Of a DNA stretch of 64,000 nucleotides, positions 8,409-16,878 are shown one piece after another. Position numbers and translations under genes: made by a program. How positions within the stretch are numbered: position 1 is the first letter of the stretch; each line of letters begins with the position of its first letter. The stretch is taken from positions 96,001-160,000 of the IMG/VR virus record IMGVR_UViG_3300037067_012088; one strand, written 5' to 3'. The DNA is from a virus. Its lineage: Duplodnaviria > Caudoviricetes. The notes below the pieces were generated by a model, which was given only the letters and a program-made list of their open reading frames with translations, ran no database searches and had not been told where the DNA came from.

Positions 8409-8840
8409 CTGTAGGGTCGATCCCCTATTTTCGCTAGGGTGCTTCTCTCCCCTTCGCGCCGCTCCGGGGTGCGGCTCTGCCGCAGATTCTTAGGTAAACC
8501 CCTCTAGCTGCGGTGTATCAGTTACCTGTTAGACTTCTTTCCACTAGGCGCGCACTCCTTAACTGGGTTTATCCCGGTCCCTCGTGTAACCCTTACTGAG
8601 TCAGTAGACTAACAGCGCACCGTGAATCGGTTCACCATTCAACTCTCAGGCCACGAGATTAAACGGCATGTCTAGACAGGACTGAAACAGGTCAAACCGC
8701 GCACCGGGTTTAGGGTGTAACGTAGCTCTTTGAGGTAGTCCATTCGTGACTATCACCCATGAGACCGCAAGACAGGCTAAGGCCGCTTGCGGCTTTGTCG
8801 CGTCTGTTTCGCGGGCCAAACGGCAGTCAGTCCCCTACAG
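8409..8840 (-). ncRNA. candidate ~430-nt structured ncRNA
   Basis: ORF-free; promoter TTGCGT-16-TAACCT (~8846-8873); 5'/3' 8-bp closing helix plus many nested stems. Confidence 0.55.
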
Positions 8841-9034
8841 CTAAAAGGTTAGTATCCCGTAGGCAAGACGCAAGCTTAATCGGTGTAAAGAAATCGTAAA
8901 GGATTCGTAAACGTAAATGTAAAGACCGCCGTGGCCGGAACCATGGGTAAGGAGATAGCGGGAAACGAGTAGGCTTGCATAAGAGCCTAGTCCAAGGGCA
9001 CTTAGGTAAACGGCCTTTGCGCGCAATCGGGGCG

Positions 9035-9515
9035 CCTAGTCAGTCTTTACGTTTACATTCAGCTCTAGGGAAACGACCCTAGCAGATTTACGCGAGCTTG
9101 GCATCCATTCGCGCGGTTGAGAATAGGTCTCATTATCACTCGCGAACGCGCCAAAAACGGCGCCTTTTCCCAGCACTAACATATTGAGGGAGTATAGGCA
9201 AAGAGTCAACACCTTTCCTCTAGGGTCCATTACCTAGGCGCGCCTAGGGTGTTTTGCCTACCTGACACTAGGGGATCAAAGATGCCCGTTTCGCGCGAAT
9301 TTTGCGCACTTGGCACGATTCCTTTTCGCTTATACGGGCATATCTAGCAAGGGTCTAGGCCACCATAGCCGGCCGCCCAGCCTTTCGCGTAACACGTTGC
9401 ACGGTAACGGAATACCCGTTTGCGGGTTTTGCGGTCGCGGGCCACCTAGTCAATCTTGTCGTTTACAATCCAGCATAGGGGAAACACCCTAGAGGAAACT
9501 GGCAGAGCTGGCATG
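9035..9515 (+). repeat. ~70-bp imperfect direct repeat (9035-9105 and 9445-9515)
   Basis: cctagtcaRtctt..cgtttacaWtc..TAGGG-N6-CCCTAg..gagct(t)ggcat in both copies. Confidence 0.75.
9181..9209 (-). promoter_or_regulatory. sigma70-like promoter
   Basis: TTGACT-17-CAATAT just downstream of three tandem TAGGG sites. Confidence 0.6.
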
Positions 9516-9660
9516 AGGAGTGCGCGGCAAAGTGGAGCCAAAGTAGTTAGGTGCCTAATCATATTGGTGCGGGCAGGTGCGTAGGCGAGTGGTGAACTGT
9601 ATGAGTGGAGGTAGGACGGTAGTTAGGAGCCTAACTATTTAGTAGCGTCTCACTCATAGA

Positions 9661-9810
9661 CCACCCCTTTCCCCTCCTCCCTCACCCCTCTTTTTTACAC
9701 TCTCCCTTTATCTCTCTCCCTTGTATCCCCTTACGTTATCCTTACCCGGTTCTCTCTGTTCTCTCCTCCCTACTCCTTTCCCCTATCTGTTCTCCCTTTA
9801 CTCTGTTCTC
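9661..9810. repeat. 150-bp polypyrimidine/polypurine tract
   Basis: Plus strand almost entirely C/T. Confidence 0.85.
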
Positions 9811-9960
9811 TAGGTGTCTAGGTAACGGGCTGGCAGGCCAGCCGGCCACCTAAGCCCCTAATCCCCCTATTTAGGTCACTGATTAGGTTAGGCTATCTCA
9901 AACCCTAGCGCTGCCCTGTTTGGCGCGGTTTACCCTGTTACTTAGACCAAAGGAAACGAG

Positions 9961-10173
9961 CTAGCCGGCCTTCCGTATCTTGGCCGCGCATTTCGGGCAC
10001 TCCGGCACCGTCTCACTTGCTAGCGATTCATCTAGACAGAGAAAATCAACCCGGCACCCACAAAGGGTCTTGCCAGTCTCTAGGTTGACCGCGTGATCCT
10101 GAAAGGCCACCTTTCCGCGCGCTTCCATATACTCGGCGCCCTTGCCTCCCATGGGATAGGTTTTCCATTTCAT
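9961..10173 (-). CDS. small Cys/His Zn-binding protein
   Basis: H..TLCG..CPKC; leaderless promoter TTGACA-16-TAGGCT. Confidence 0.75.
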   Translation of the reverse strand: MKWKTYPMGGKGAEYMEARGKVAFQDHAVNLETGKTLCGCRVDFLCLDESLASETVPECPKCAAKIRKAG

Positions 10174-10212
10174 GCGCGAAAGCCTACCCTTTGCGCCGTG
10201 CCTGTCAAGCGT

Positions 10213-10593
10213 TTAGCTCCGATAAGACATGACGCAAGAGGCATCACAAAAGGCGCGTCCGCTGGGGACGTATTCGCCTACGCTCCGGCCGCACCATTTG
10301 CACTCACTGGGGCGGGCACGCTCACAAAGCTTGCGTTGGGTCCGGTCAAACGTGGCCGGGGTATCCTGTTTGACCACCAAACCGCCCCGGCGGTTAATCT
10401 CGTTTTGACAGTAGCCAGAAAAGGCGCGCAACACGTCATAGCCGTTTCCGCCATCCCATGCGCTCGTAAAGGTCTCCCGGTAATGCGTGCTAAGGGGTTG
10501 CGAGCGAACTACGCGCAAGACTTTAACCACTTGACCGGCCGAAATGACGCGGCCAGAGGCAAGACGATGAAAGGGGAGGATGTTGGGGAGCAT
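10213..10593 (-). CDS. protein with C-terminal Zn finger
   Basis: CKWCG..FCDASC; own promoter TTGACA-16-TAGGCT. Confidence 0.75.
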   Translation of the reverse strand: MLPNILPFHRLASGRVISAGQVVKVLRVVRSQPLSTHYRETFTSAWDGGNGYDVLRAFSGYCQNEINRRGGLVVKQDTPATFDRTQRKLCERARPSECKWCGRSVGEYVPSGRAFCDASCVMSYRS

Positions 10594-10649
10594 GGTAGGG
10601 AGGTTAGTTTGATTGAACAGTGCCAAGCCTAACCGGCTCGCAAGTCATG

Positions 10650-10973
10650 TCAAGCCCCTTTCGGCCTGAATCGCTCTGCCCATTCCGCCAAATGCGGCAG
10701 CTCGGGCGCAATCTCTGCCAGCCGTGACAGATAGTAAAACGGTTCATCGGAATAGGTATCTATTCCCCCTATCCACAGATGCGAGTTGCCCGCGTGCTTT
10801 AACCAGCGCTCCGTGACCTTGGCGCGCGGGTTATGGGTCCGGTCATATAAGCGCCAATCCTGCCGGGGCATTTCGACTATTGCGAGCCGTTCCGAAACGT
10901 GCCGGGTTTGGCCTACGCGCAAGCCTAGCGTCTTGGCTAGTGCGGCGTTAAATGGGGCGGTTCTCGTTTCCAT
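10650..10973 (-). CDS. hypothetical protein
   Basis: Leaderless: TTGACA-16-TATGCT-7-ATG. Confidence 0.75.
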   Translation of the reverse strand: METRTAPFNAALAKTLGLRVGQTRHVSERLAIVEMPRQDWRLYDRTHNPRAKVTERWLKHAGNSHLWIGGIDTYSDEPFYYLSRLAEIAPELPHLAEWAERFRPKGA

Positions 10974-11004
10974 GTCGCCAAGCATACCGGGGCGCCTAGC
11001 CGTG

Positions 11005-11211
11005 TCAAGCGCTCTTTTCAACCGCCGCCATTGCGGTTTCAGCCGTCGTAAACTCGCCTGATTGAACCCCTCCCGGAGAACGATGCACAAGCCAACAGTG
11101 CGCGACGGCAGACCGGAAGACTATTGCACCCAAAGCCTGATTCGCGTAGTGATAGGGGAACTCCGGACGATCCTTGTCCCTGATTCGTTTCCAGCCTTTG
11201 CGGGTTGTCAT
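11005..11211 (-). CDS. hypothetical protein
   Basis: ORF track; its stop lies in the next -35. Confidence 0.7.
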   Translation of the reverse strand: MTTRKGWKRIRDKDRPEFPYHYANQALGAIVFRSAVAHCWLVHRSPGGVQSGEFTTAETAMAAVEKSA

Positions 11212-11214
11212 GGG

Positions 11215-11394
11215 TTAAGCCTTCTTCGCCTGCTCGTTAAAGTAGTCCAGCGCGGCGCGCTTGGCGTCCCGCATGTTCCGGCATCCCCCGATTGAGTATT
11301 GCCCCAGATTCAGGCCATAGCAGGTGAAGACATAATAGCCGTTATCATTGCGGCCATGGGGAACGATGTCGGAGGGTTTGACGGTGGTTTTCAT
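11215..11394 (-). CDS. hypothetical protein
   Basis: TTGACC-16-CATACT promoter. Confidence 0.7.
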   Translation of the reverse strand: MKTTVKPSDIVPHGRNDNGYYVFTCYGLNLGQYSIGGCRNMRDAKRAALDYFNEQAKKA

Positions 11395-11427
11395 CTGGGG
11401 CACAGTATGCAGAGAAGACGGGTTAGG

Positions 11428-11796
11428 TCAAGTCAGCAAATCACGTAAACGCGCAAGGTGTGGAAACTGGGTTTTGGGTTTCCGCTCACGGGATTTGCGT
11501 TTTGTCTTGACAGGCTCAGAGGCGTGCTTGACCGCTTCTACCGTATAATCCCCGTAATACTGGCTGTCTGGCTCATTTGGTTTGACCACCAACCCTTTCG
11601 CGCAAGCCGTCACGCTGTCCAGTCCAGTAAACTCCACCGCCTTGCGGTCACTGATTCGGTAGCCGTTTCCGCGCCAACGCTCTAGCACGTCATGTGCGTA
11701 ATGGGAATGAGCGCCTTTCACCCATTCGATTTCTTCGGCCTGTAGGTCGAAGCCTAGAGCCTCAAGCAGATTAGATACCTTTTCGCGGGGCGTCAT
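11428..11796 (-). CDS. hypothetical protein
   Basis: ATGA overlap. Confidence 0.75.
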   Translation of the reverse strand: MTPREKVSNLLEALGFDLQAEEIEWVKGAHSHYAHDVLERWRGNGYRISDRKAVEFTGLDSVTACAKGLVVKPNEPDSQYYGDYTVEAVKHASEPVKTKRKSRERKPKTQFPHLARLRDLLT

Positions 11797-12005
11797 GCGT
11801 CTTCACTCTCTAACACGGCAGCACGTTGCCGGGCGCGGTCAATCCGTTCGTTAAGCTCAATGAAGGTCTCCGAATTGTCCCATACCTTGACCTCGCGGAG
11901 CTTAGAGCTGCCCTGTGCGGCGCGGATTAGGCGCTGGCCTATCGCGTTTAGCTCGCGGCTTGACAGGGTGCCGGTGACTTGGACCGTGAAGCGTGCGCGG
12001 TTCAT
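11793..12005 (-). CDS. hypothetical protein
   Basis: ATGA overlap. Confidence 0.7.
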   Translation of the reverse strand: MNRARFTVQVTGTLSSRELNAIGQRLIRAAQGSSKLREVKVWDNSETFIELNERIDRARQRAAVLESEDA

Positions 12006-12415
12006 AGCGAACCCTTGGGTTCAAAAGTGAAGGCTGGCCGGTGGCGAGCGCGCGCCGTGTGAGCCTCTAGCATTTCGGCCCGTTCGCTCTCTGTGTGTTC
12101 GTCGGCGCGTTCGCGTTCTAGCTGCGCCTGCTCGGCTAGATCGGCAAGCCGGTTCTGCTCCTTTACATACGCGGCATGTTGGGGATGTTCGGCGTCCCAC
12201 TCGCAAAGGGCATCCGCGCCGGTCTTGTCACCGTCCGCAAAGACTGCCGCCTTCATGGTCTGAAAGGCCGCGTGTGTGGTTTCGCTGTGTTGGGCGAAGG
12301 TGTCCGAAAGCAGATAGCGAGCGCGCTCCTTGGCGTTGCGGATGCCTTCGCAATCGGCGCAACGGTCGATTTCCGTGCCGTCCCGAGCGTAGAGAATGGC
12401 GGTAAAGTATTTCAT
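12002..12415 (-). CDS. hypothetical protein
   Basis: TTGACA-18-CATACT promoter. Confidence 0.75.
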   Translation of the reverse strand: MKYFTAILYARDGTEIDRCADCEGIRNAKERARYLLSDTFAQHSETTHAAFQTMKAAVFADGDKTGADALCEWDAEHPQHAAYVKEQNRLADLAEQAQLERERADEHTESERAEMLEAHTARARHRPAFTFEPKGSL

Positions 12416-12449
12416 CGGGGCACAGTATGGCAGAGAGGGCGAAGGCTTG

Positions 12450-12758
12450 TCAAGCGCCTTTGCTTGGGGTCACCTGCTCCTTACGCGCCTCATAGTCCGC
12501 CCGGGTGGCGCGCTTGCATATGGTGAGCCTGTAACCAATCCGGCGCAATTCGCGCGCAAGCTCCCGGTATTCGCTTGGCTTGGCAAGGCGCGTGCTCCTT
12601 ACCGTGCCGAACAAATCGGCGCTTGTGTGCTGGCCTAGATGGACATAGGCGGAACAGGTGCCCGGGTTGTAGGTGCCCGCCAAGGCGGGGAACAGCGCGA
12701 CGACTTCGCCAGACTTGGCGCGATCATGGCGGAAAATGACTTTGGTTGAGTTGGACAT
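12450..12758 (-). CDS. hypothetical phage protein
   Basis: VVALFP..AYVHLGQHTSA..LAKPSEY..L..EL..IGY. Confidence 0.8.
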   Translation of the reverse strand: MSNSTKVIFRHDRAKSGEVVALFPALAGTYNPGTCSAYVHLGQHTSADLFGTVRSTRLAKPSEYRELARELRRIGYRLTICKRATRADYEARKEQVTPSKGA

Positions 12759-12883
12759 AGGGAGGCGGGTTGATTGTTGAACGGCCCACACTCTAGCAGG
12801 CGCGCCGCCCGGGCCGAGCACAAAACGCTAGGGTCGATTACCTAGGCGTTTTCTGGGGGATCTCGCCTCTTGACAGGCAACCC

Positions 12884-12914
12884 AAAAACCCCGCGCGCCA
12901 GAGGCAACGCGGGG
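12884..12914 (-). terminator. rho-independent terminator
   Basis: CCCCGCG..CGCGGGG followed by TTTTT. Confidence 0.75.
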
Positions 12915-12966
12915 CAATGGTGCGGCGGGTGATTCAGTCCGCGCGCGGGTGAGTTGGTCCTTTGGG

Positions 12967-13179
12967 TTAGATGGCTTGATTATGCGGGGTGAAATGTTCG
13001 CGCCGGTAGTTTTCGTCGGCCTCGCGCACGGCCTTGGCGTTCTGTTCGGTTTGCGTTCTCAACTCAGCCCGGCGCTTGGCTGAGAGATTCACAGTGGCCA
13101 TGCCTCCAATACTCTTGCGTTTCATGTAAGCTTCAAAAGCCGTGTCGGTCATGTTGGCCAGTTCGGAAATAGTCTTCAT
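12967..13179 (-). CDS. hypothetical protein
   Basis: ORF track. Confidence 0.7.
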   Translation of the reverse strand: MKTISELANMTDTAFEAYMKRKSIGGMATVNLSAKRRAELRTQTEQNAKAVREADENYRREHFTPHNQAI

Positions 13180-13191
13180 GGTAATAAGGTA

Positions 13192-13497
13192 TCAGGGCAG
13201 GTTAGCCAAGTGGGGCATCGGCGGAAAGCGCGGGTCATGGATCGTGACAACCGGCGCGGGCGGCGCGTCGAGGGCTTCGCGGGCGATGCGGCCCGCGTCA
13301 CTCATGCGGAACACGTTGCCGCCGTCAAAGCGGACATAAAGCAAGCCCCGCTTGGCAAGGGCGGTCAAGCCGTTATTGGCCCCGATGGCATGGCGGTAGC
13401 CTTCGCAACGGGCTTCCCCAGCGCGAAACTCGACCCATTGCGGGCAGCGCTTGAGCAGGCGGGAGAGGTTGGCAGAGAGGGCGGGAGCGGTTGACAT
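13192..13497 (-). CDS. hypothetical protein, wHTH-like
   Basis: LTALAKRGLL..FRMSDAG. Confidence 0.7.
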   Translation of the reverse strand: MSTAPALSANLSRLLKRCPQWVEFRAGEARCEGYRHAIGANNGLTALAKRGLLYVRFDGGNVFRMSDAGRIAREALDAPPAPVVTIHDPRFPPMPHLANLP

Positions 13498-13509
13498 GGT
13501 GGGAAAGGG

Positions 13510-13686
13510 TTACTCGGTGAAATCCATTTCGCCCACCTTGTTACCGTTGGAGTCCATCAGGCGGCGAAAGTGGGGGCCGTCGCGTTCGATATGCTTGGCG
13601 GCGTCGCGCAGGATGCGGGCGACTTCCGCGCCGGGGTCGTCGGTAAACGCGGCGTTGTCGGCTTTGATTGAGAGGATGATTTGCAT
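13510..13686 (-). CDS. small phage protein
   Basis: DNAAF..EVARIL..DSNGNKVG. Confidence 0.75.
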   Translation of the reverse strand: MQIILSIKADNAAFTDDPGAEVARILRDAAKHIERDGPHFRRLMDSNGNKVGEMDFTE

Positions 13687-13784
13687 GGTGGCGGATCGTT
13701 GAGTGTTTGGCTTACTTGAACAAGGGAGAGAATGACAGGGAGCGCGGTGATTGCGAGAACAAAACGCGAGATAGGGAATCAACC

Positions 13785-13985
13785 CTAGGACGCGCGGTTC
13801 TTGAGCTGATCTAGAAGGCTATCTAGCGAAGCATAACCGGATAGGCGCACGCCGAATCGATTCGCGCCCCAGCGCACGCCGTTTGCGGTTTGATAGCTGT
13901 TGACCCACCAACGGGCGGACCATGTGCCATGGTTTACAGTATGGGTGCTTTCCTTGAGGGGCACGAGTTGGCCGGGATAGTGCAT
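13785..13985 (-). CDS. hypothetical protein
   Basis: Stop inside the palindrome. Confidence 0.65.
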   Translation of the reverse strand: MHYPGQLVPLKESTHTVNHGTWSARWWVNSYQTANGVRWGANRFGVRLSGYASLDSLLDQLKNRAS

Positions 13986-14088
13986 TGCGGGCGTTTGGTT
14001 TAGTTGGTTGACTTGAACACGGCCCAGCATGACGCACCGGGCGCGAATGTCGAGCGGATTTGATGCAGGTTGATCCCCTAGAGCGGGC

Positions 14089-14361
14089 CTAGGGGTAACA
14101 CCTTACCGGCCAGACAAGCCCAGAGGCAACGCCCCGGCGATACTTCGGCCCGCGTCCTTGCCATGCTTCCAGCTTGGGGCGGGCACGTTCGGCGAAGGTC
14201 AACGGATCGAGCAGCACCCCGGCGCGCTCCTTGCTTGTGCCCTCGGGGTCGAGATAGAACACGCCGGACAGGTGCCCGGCTTCGTCGCGGTAAAACGTCA
14301 CGGTGCAACCGCAAGCGCGTTCCTTGACTTGCAGGCGTTCGAGTTCGTCGCGGTGCGTCAT
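14089..14361 (-). CDS. hypothetical protein
   Basis: ORF track. Confidence 0.7.
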   Translation of the reverse strand: MTHRDELERLQVKERACGCTVTFYRDEAGHLSGVFYLDPEGTSKERAGVLLDPLTFAERARPKLEAWQGRGPKYRRGVASGLVWPVRCYP

Positions 14362-14364
14362 GGA

Positions 14365-14730
14365 TTAGCCCTCCCCTTTGAGCTTGGCAAGCGCCGCCTC
14401 GGGTCCGCCCGCTTCGTCAATCGCATCTTGCAGGGCTTGGTCGAGGTCTTCCGCCTTCTGTCGCTCGGTCTCTCTCCGCTTGTTCTCCTCAACCCAATAC
14501 GCGGCGAGTGCGGCCTTACCCTTGGCAGTGTGCTCGGGATGAACGCTCAAGTAAAGCGAGACTTCCCGCCCGGTCTTGTCCGCGAAGTAGGCGCGACCTC
14601 CGCTCTTGACTTGAACGGTAAGGCCAATCTGTGCCCGCTCGGCCGCTTCGTCATGGCTCTTGGCGTGCAGCATCCCGCCAGTGAGCTTCACGCCTTTACC
14701 GTCTCGTGTGTGATGGCAGTTCGTTTCCAT
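14365..14730 (-). CDS. hypothetical protein
   Basis: ORF track. Confidence 0.75.
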   Translation of the reverse strand: METNCHHTRDGKGVKLTGGMLHAKSHDEAAERAQIGLTVQVKSGGRAYFADKTGREVSLYLSVHPEHTAKGKAALAAYWVEENKRRETERQKAEDLDQALQDAIDEAGGPEAALAKLKGEG

Positions 14731-14750
14731 GTTGGGCGAATGGTTGAGGG

Positions 14751-15335
14751 TTAGGCGTGAACCGCAACGCCGCGCGTGTTGTAGTGCTGATCCAGCGGCA
14801 GGAGATTGCGCGCCGGGATAGAAGCGCCCCGGTGCGTGAGATAGGCGCGGGCGGCGGCTTCCTCGGTGGCGTGATACTCGGGCAGCCCTTCAACCTTGAA
14901 CTGATTGGCGGCATCCTTGACCCGGGCGATATGCGCGCCCCAGCTCCGCGCCTTCCGCACAATCTCGTTGCTCGTGCTCTTGAGGTCGGCTTTGCGCCCC
15001 ACATACAGCGCCACGCCGCGCGGGTCGCCTTGGTTGTAGCTCCACAGGTCGGGGTGAGCGGCCATGATGGCGGCGAGTTGCTTGCGCGCGCCGGTCTCGC
15101 GGTCGGGGATGGGGTAAGCCGCATAAGGGCCATTGCCTCGCAGATACCAGCCCGACACGCGGGACGGTTTACCCGTCTCTTCATCGCGGACGATTTCCCC
15201 GTTGCACTCGGCGGTTGACCAGCGGGAAAGGGTCATCTCGATCCGGCGAAGGCGGTTAGCCTCGGCGTAGGTGAAGCCCAGCGCGGCCAGATCGTTAAGC
15301 AGGCGGGCAAGGCGGATGGCTTTGGATTCGTTCAT
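14751..15335 (-). CDS. hypothetical phage protein
   Basis: LRRIEMTLSRW..ECNG..YNQGDPRG; start at MNESK. Confidence 0.8.
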   Translation of the reverse strand: MNESKAIRLARLLNDLAALGFTYAEANRLRRIEMTLSRWSTAECNGEIVRDEETGKPSRVSGWYLRGNGPYAAYPIPDRETGARKQLAAIMAAHPDLWSYNQGDPRGVALYVGRKADLKSTSNEIVRKARSWGAHIARVKDAANQFKVEGLPEYHATEEAAARAYLTHRGASIPARNLLPLDQHYNTRGVAVHA

Positions 15336-15541
15336 GTAGTTTCCGTTAGAACTGGCTGGAGCCGCCAGAGTCTCCGGCTTCCCGCGTTGGTGCGGGGTGT
15401 GGCCTTTGACTAGGTGAGAGAATGACCGGCTTGCGGGATAATGCAAGAAGAAACTTTCAGTTTCTTTGTTGCGCTACGCGCAAGCGCAATGTGGGGAAAT
15501 CGCGGGAGAATCTTACCCTAGGGATGACTAGGGTGTTGACC

Positions 15542-15865
15542 CTAGCGCACGACCAGCCCCACCAGCGCGCCAAACCCGGGCAGGCGTTCGCGCCGAAAGC
15601 ACACCGTTACCCGGTCGCCACGTTTGAGGCGTTCGCCTTTGGACAAAATGACCTGTTGAAAGGTGCCGGTCGTGTCGAGTTCGTCACCGTCGCGCAGTTC
15701 AACCACGCAATGCCCCATTGTCGCCATCGCCCCGGCATGGGTCAGCTTTTCGGCCACGGCGCGCTTGCGGGTCATAACGTAGGCGCTCACAACCCGGGCG
15801 GCTTTGGTGTAACCATGCACGCCCAGTTTGGGCACGGTGGATAGAATGGGGGTTAGGTTATACAT
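15542..15865 (-). CDS. hypothetical protein
   Basis: Its TAG stop is an arm of the palindrome. Confidence 0.7.
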   Translation of the reverse strand: MYNLTPILSTVPKLGVHGYTKAARVVSAYVMTRKRAVAEKLTHAGAMATMGHCVVELRDGDELDTTGTFQQVILSKGERLKRGDRVTVCFRRERLPGFGALVGLVVR

Positions 15866-15868
15866 GGA

Positions 15869-16267
15869 TTAGACCTTAATCAGTTCGGCATAGTCCAGCG
15901 CGGCGACTTCGACCGGGTTGACCTTAGCCTCCTTGAACGCGGCGCGAATGTCCTTGCGGTAGTTGAGCCAAAGCGCGGCGGCGGTCCACAGGCTGCGGCG
16001 CATGGAAAGATAATACTTGACATGCGGGGCTTTCGCATCGCCGGTCATCAGCTGGGCAAACTGGCGAACCGCGAACAGGCGCGCCGCTTCGTTGACGGTT
16101 AGGCCCCACTCGCGCGAAGGGAGTCCGCAACCCCGATGTGCCTTTTCCTCGGCGACATTCTCGGCAAGGTAGGCGTCGGCGTAATGCGTCCAGCTCTTGT
16201 TATTGAGCCGGTAGGCGAGTGCAGACCAGACGGCGGCGGTGAGTTTGTTGGCTTCTTTGGCGTTCAT
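15869..16267 (-). CDS. hypothetical protein
   Basis: TGc-TATACT promoter upstream. Confidence 0.75.
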   Translation of the reverse strand: MNAKEANKLTAAVWSALAYRLNNKSWTHYADAYLAENVAEEKAHRGCGLPSREWGLTVNEAARLFAVRQFAQLMTGDAKAPHVKYYLSMRRSLWTAAALWLNYRKDIRAAFKEAKVNPVEVAALDYAELIKV

Positions 16268-16361
16268 GTTGGGCGGATTGGGTTGTTTGATTCCGCCCAC
16301 AGTATAGCACAAAGCGGGGCGGTTGCATAGCGAGGTCTTGCCCTCATATTGAGTAGGGGGA

Positions 16362-16808
16362 TCACCCTAGGCGCGAACGCAACCCGCGCGGCCCATGAAT
16401 CGCGGCTTTCTTGGCGCGCCCGGTGGTCAGATCGGCGGGGGTGATGTCGTTGATATAGGGGAGGCCGTTGCAAAGATACGCCTCGTATTCCCTGACCGCC
16501 CGGAAGAAGTCGCACACAGTAGCGCGGCCCGGTTGGATGGGCTGCCAATCGCTTTTGTCGTCCCACTCGCTAGCCTTGTCGGTCACCTTTTCGCTCGGGT
16601 CGCTCACGCTTTGCGCACGATACTCGCCACGAGGAAACGCCGCGCCCATAGCGCACAGGACCCCAGTAAGCTTGGGTTCTACTGCATGCGCCGCCCGATA
16701 GAGCTGCACCAGATGGTTGCGAATCAACGGCGCGAAGGTCTCGGCGTCGAGTTTGGCGATAGCCGTTTCGCGGCGCTCGGCCACTTGAGAGAAGAAGTCT
16801 TTAGGCAT
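16362..16808 (-). CDS. hypothetical protein
   Basis: Leaderless TCGACA-16-TAACCT-6-ATG. Confidence 0.75.
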   Translation of the reverse strand: MPKDFFSQVAERRETAIAKLDAETFAPLIRNHLVQLYRAAHAVEPKLTGVLCAMGAAFPRGEYRAQSVSDPSEKVTDKASEWDDKSDWQPIQPGRATVCDFFRAVREYEAYLCNGLPYINDITPADLTTGRAKKAAIHGPRGLRSRLG

Positions 16809-16878
16809 GGGAACAGGTTAGCAGATTGCCGGAACATGTCGAGGACGGAAATCCCTCATATTGGCTAGGGTCTTGACC

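Noticed and set aside
8715-8745. HEARO/omega-RNA resemblance (minus strand GACTACCTCAAAGAGCTACGTTA)
   Set aside because: Only a short match, and the downstream ORF has no PLMP/RuvC/HNH features of IscB.
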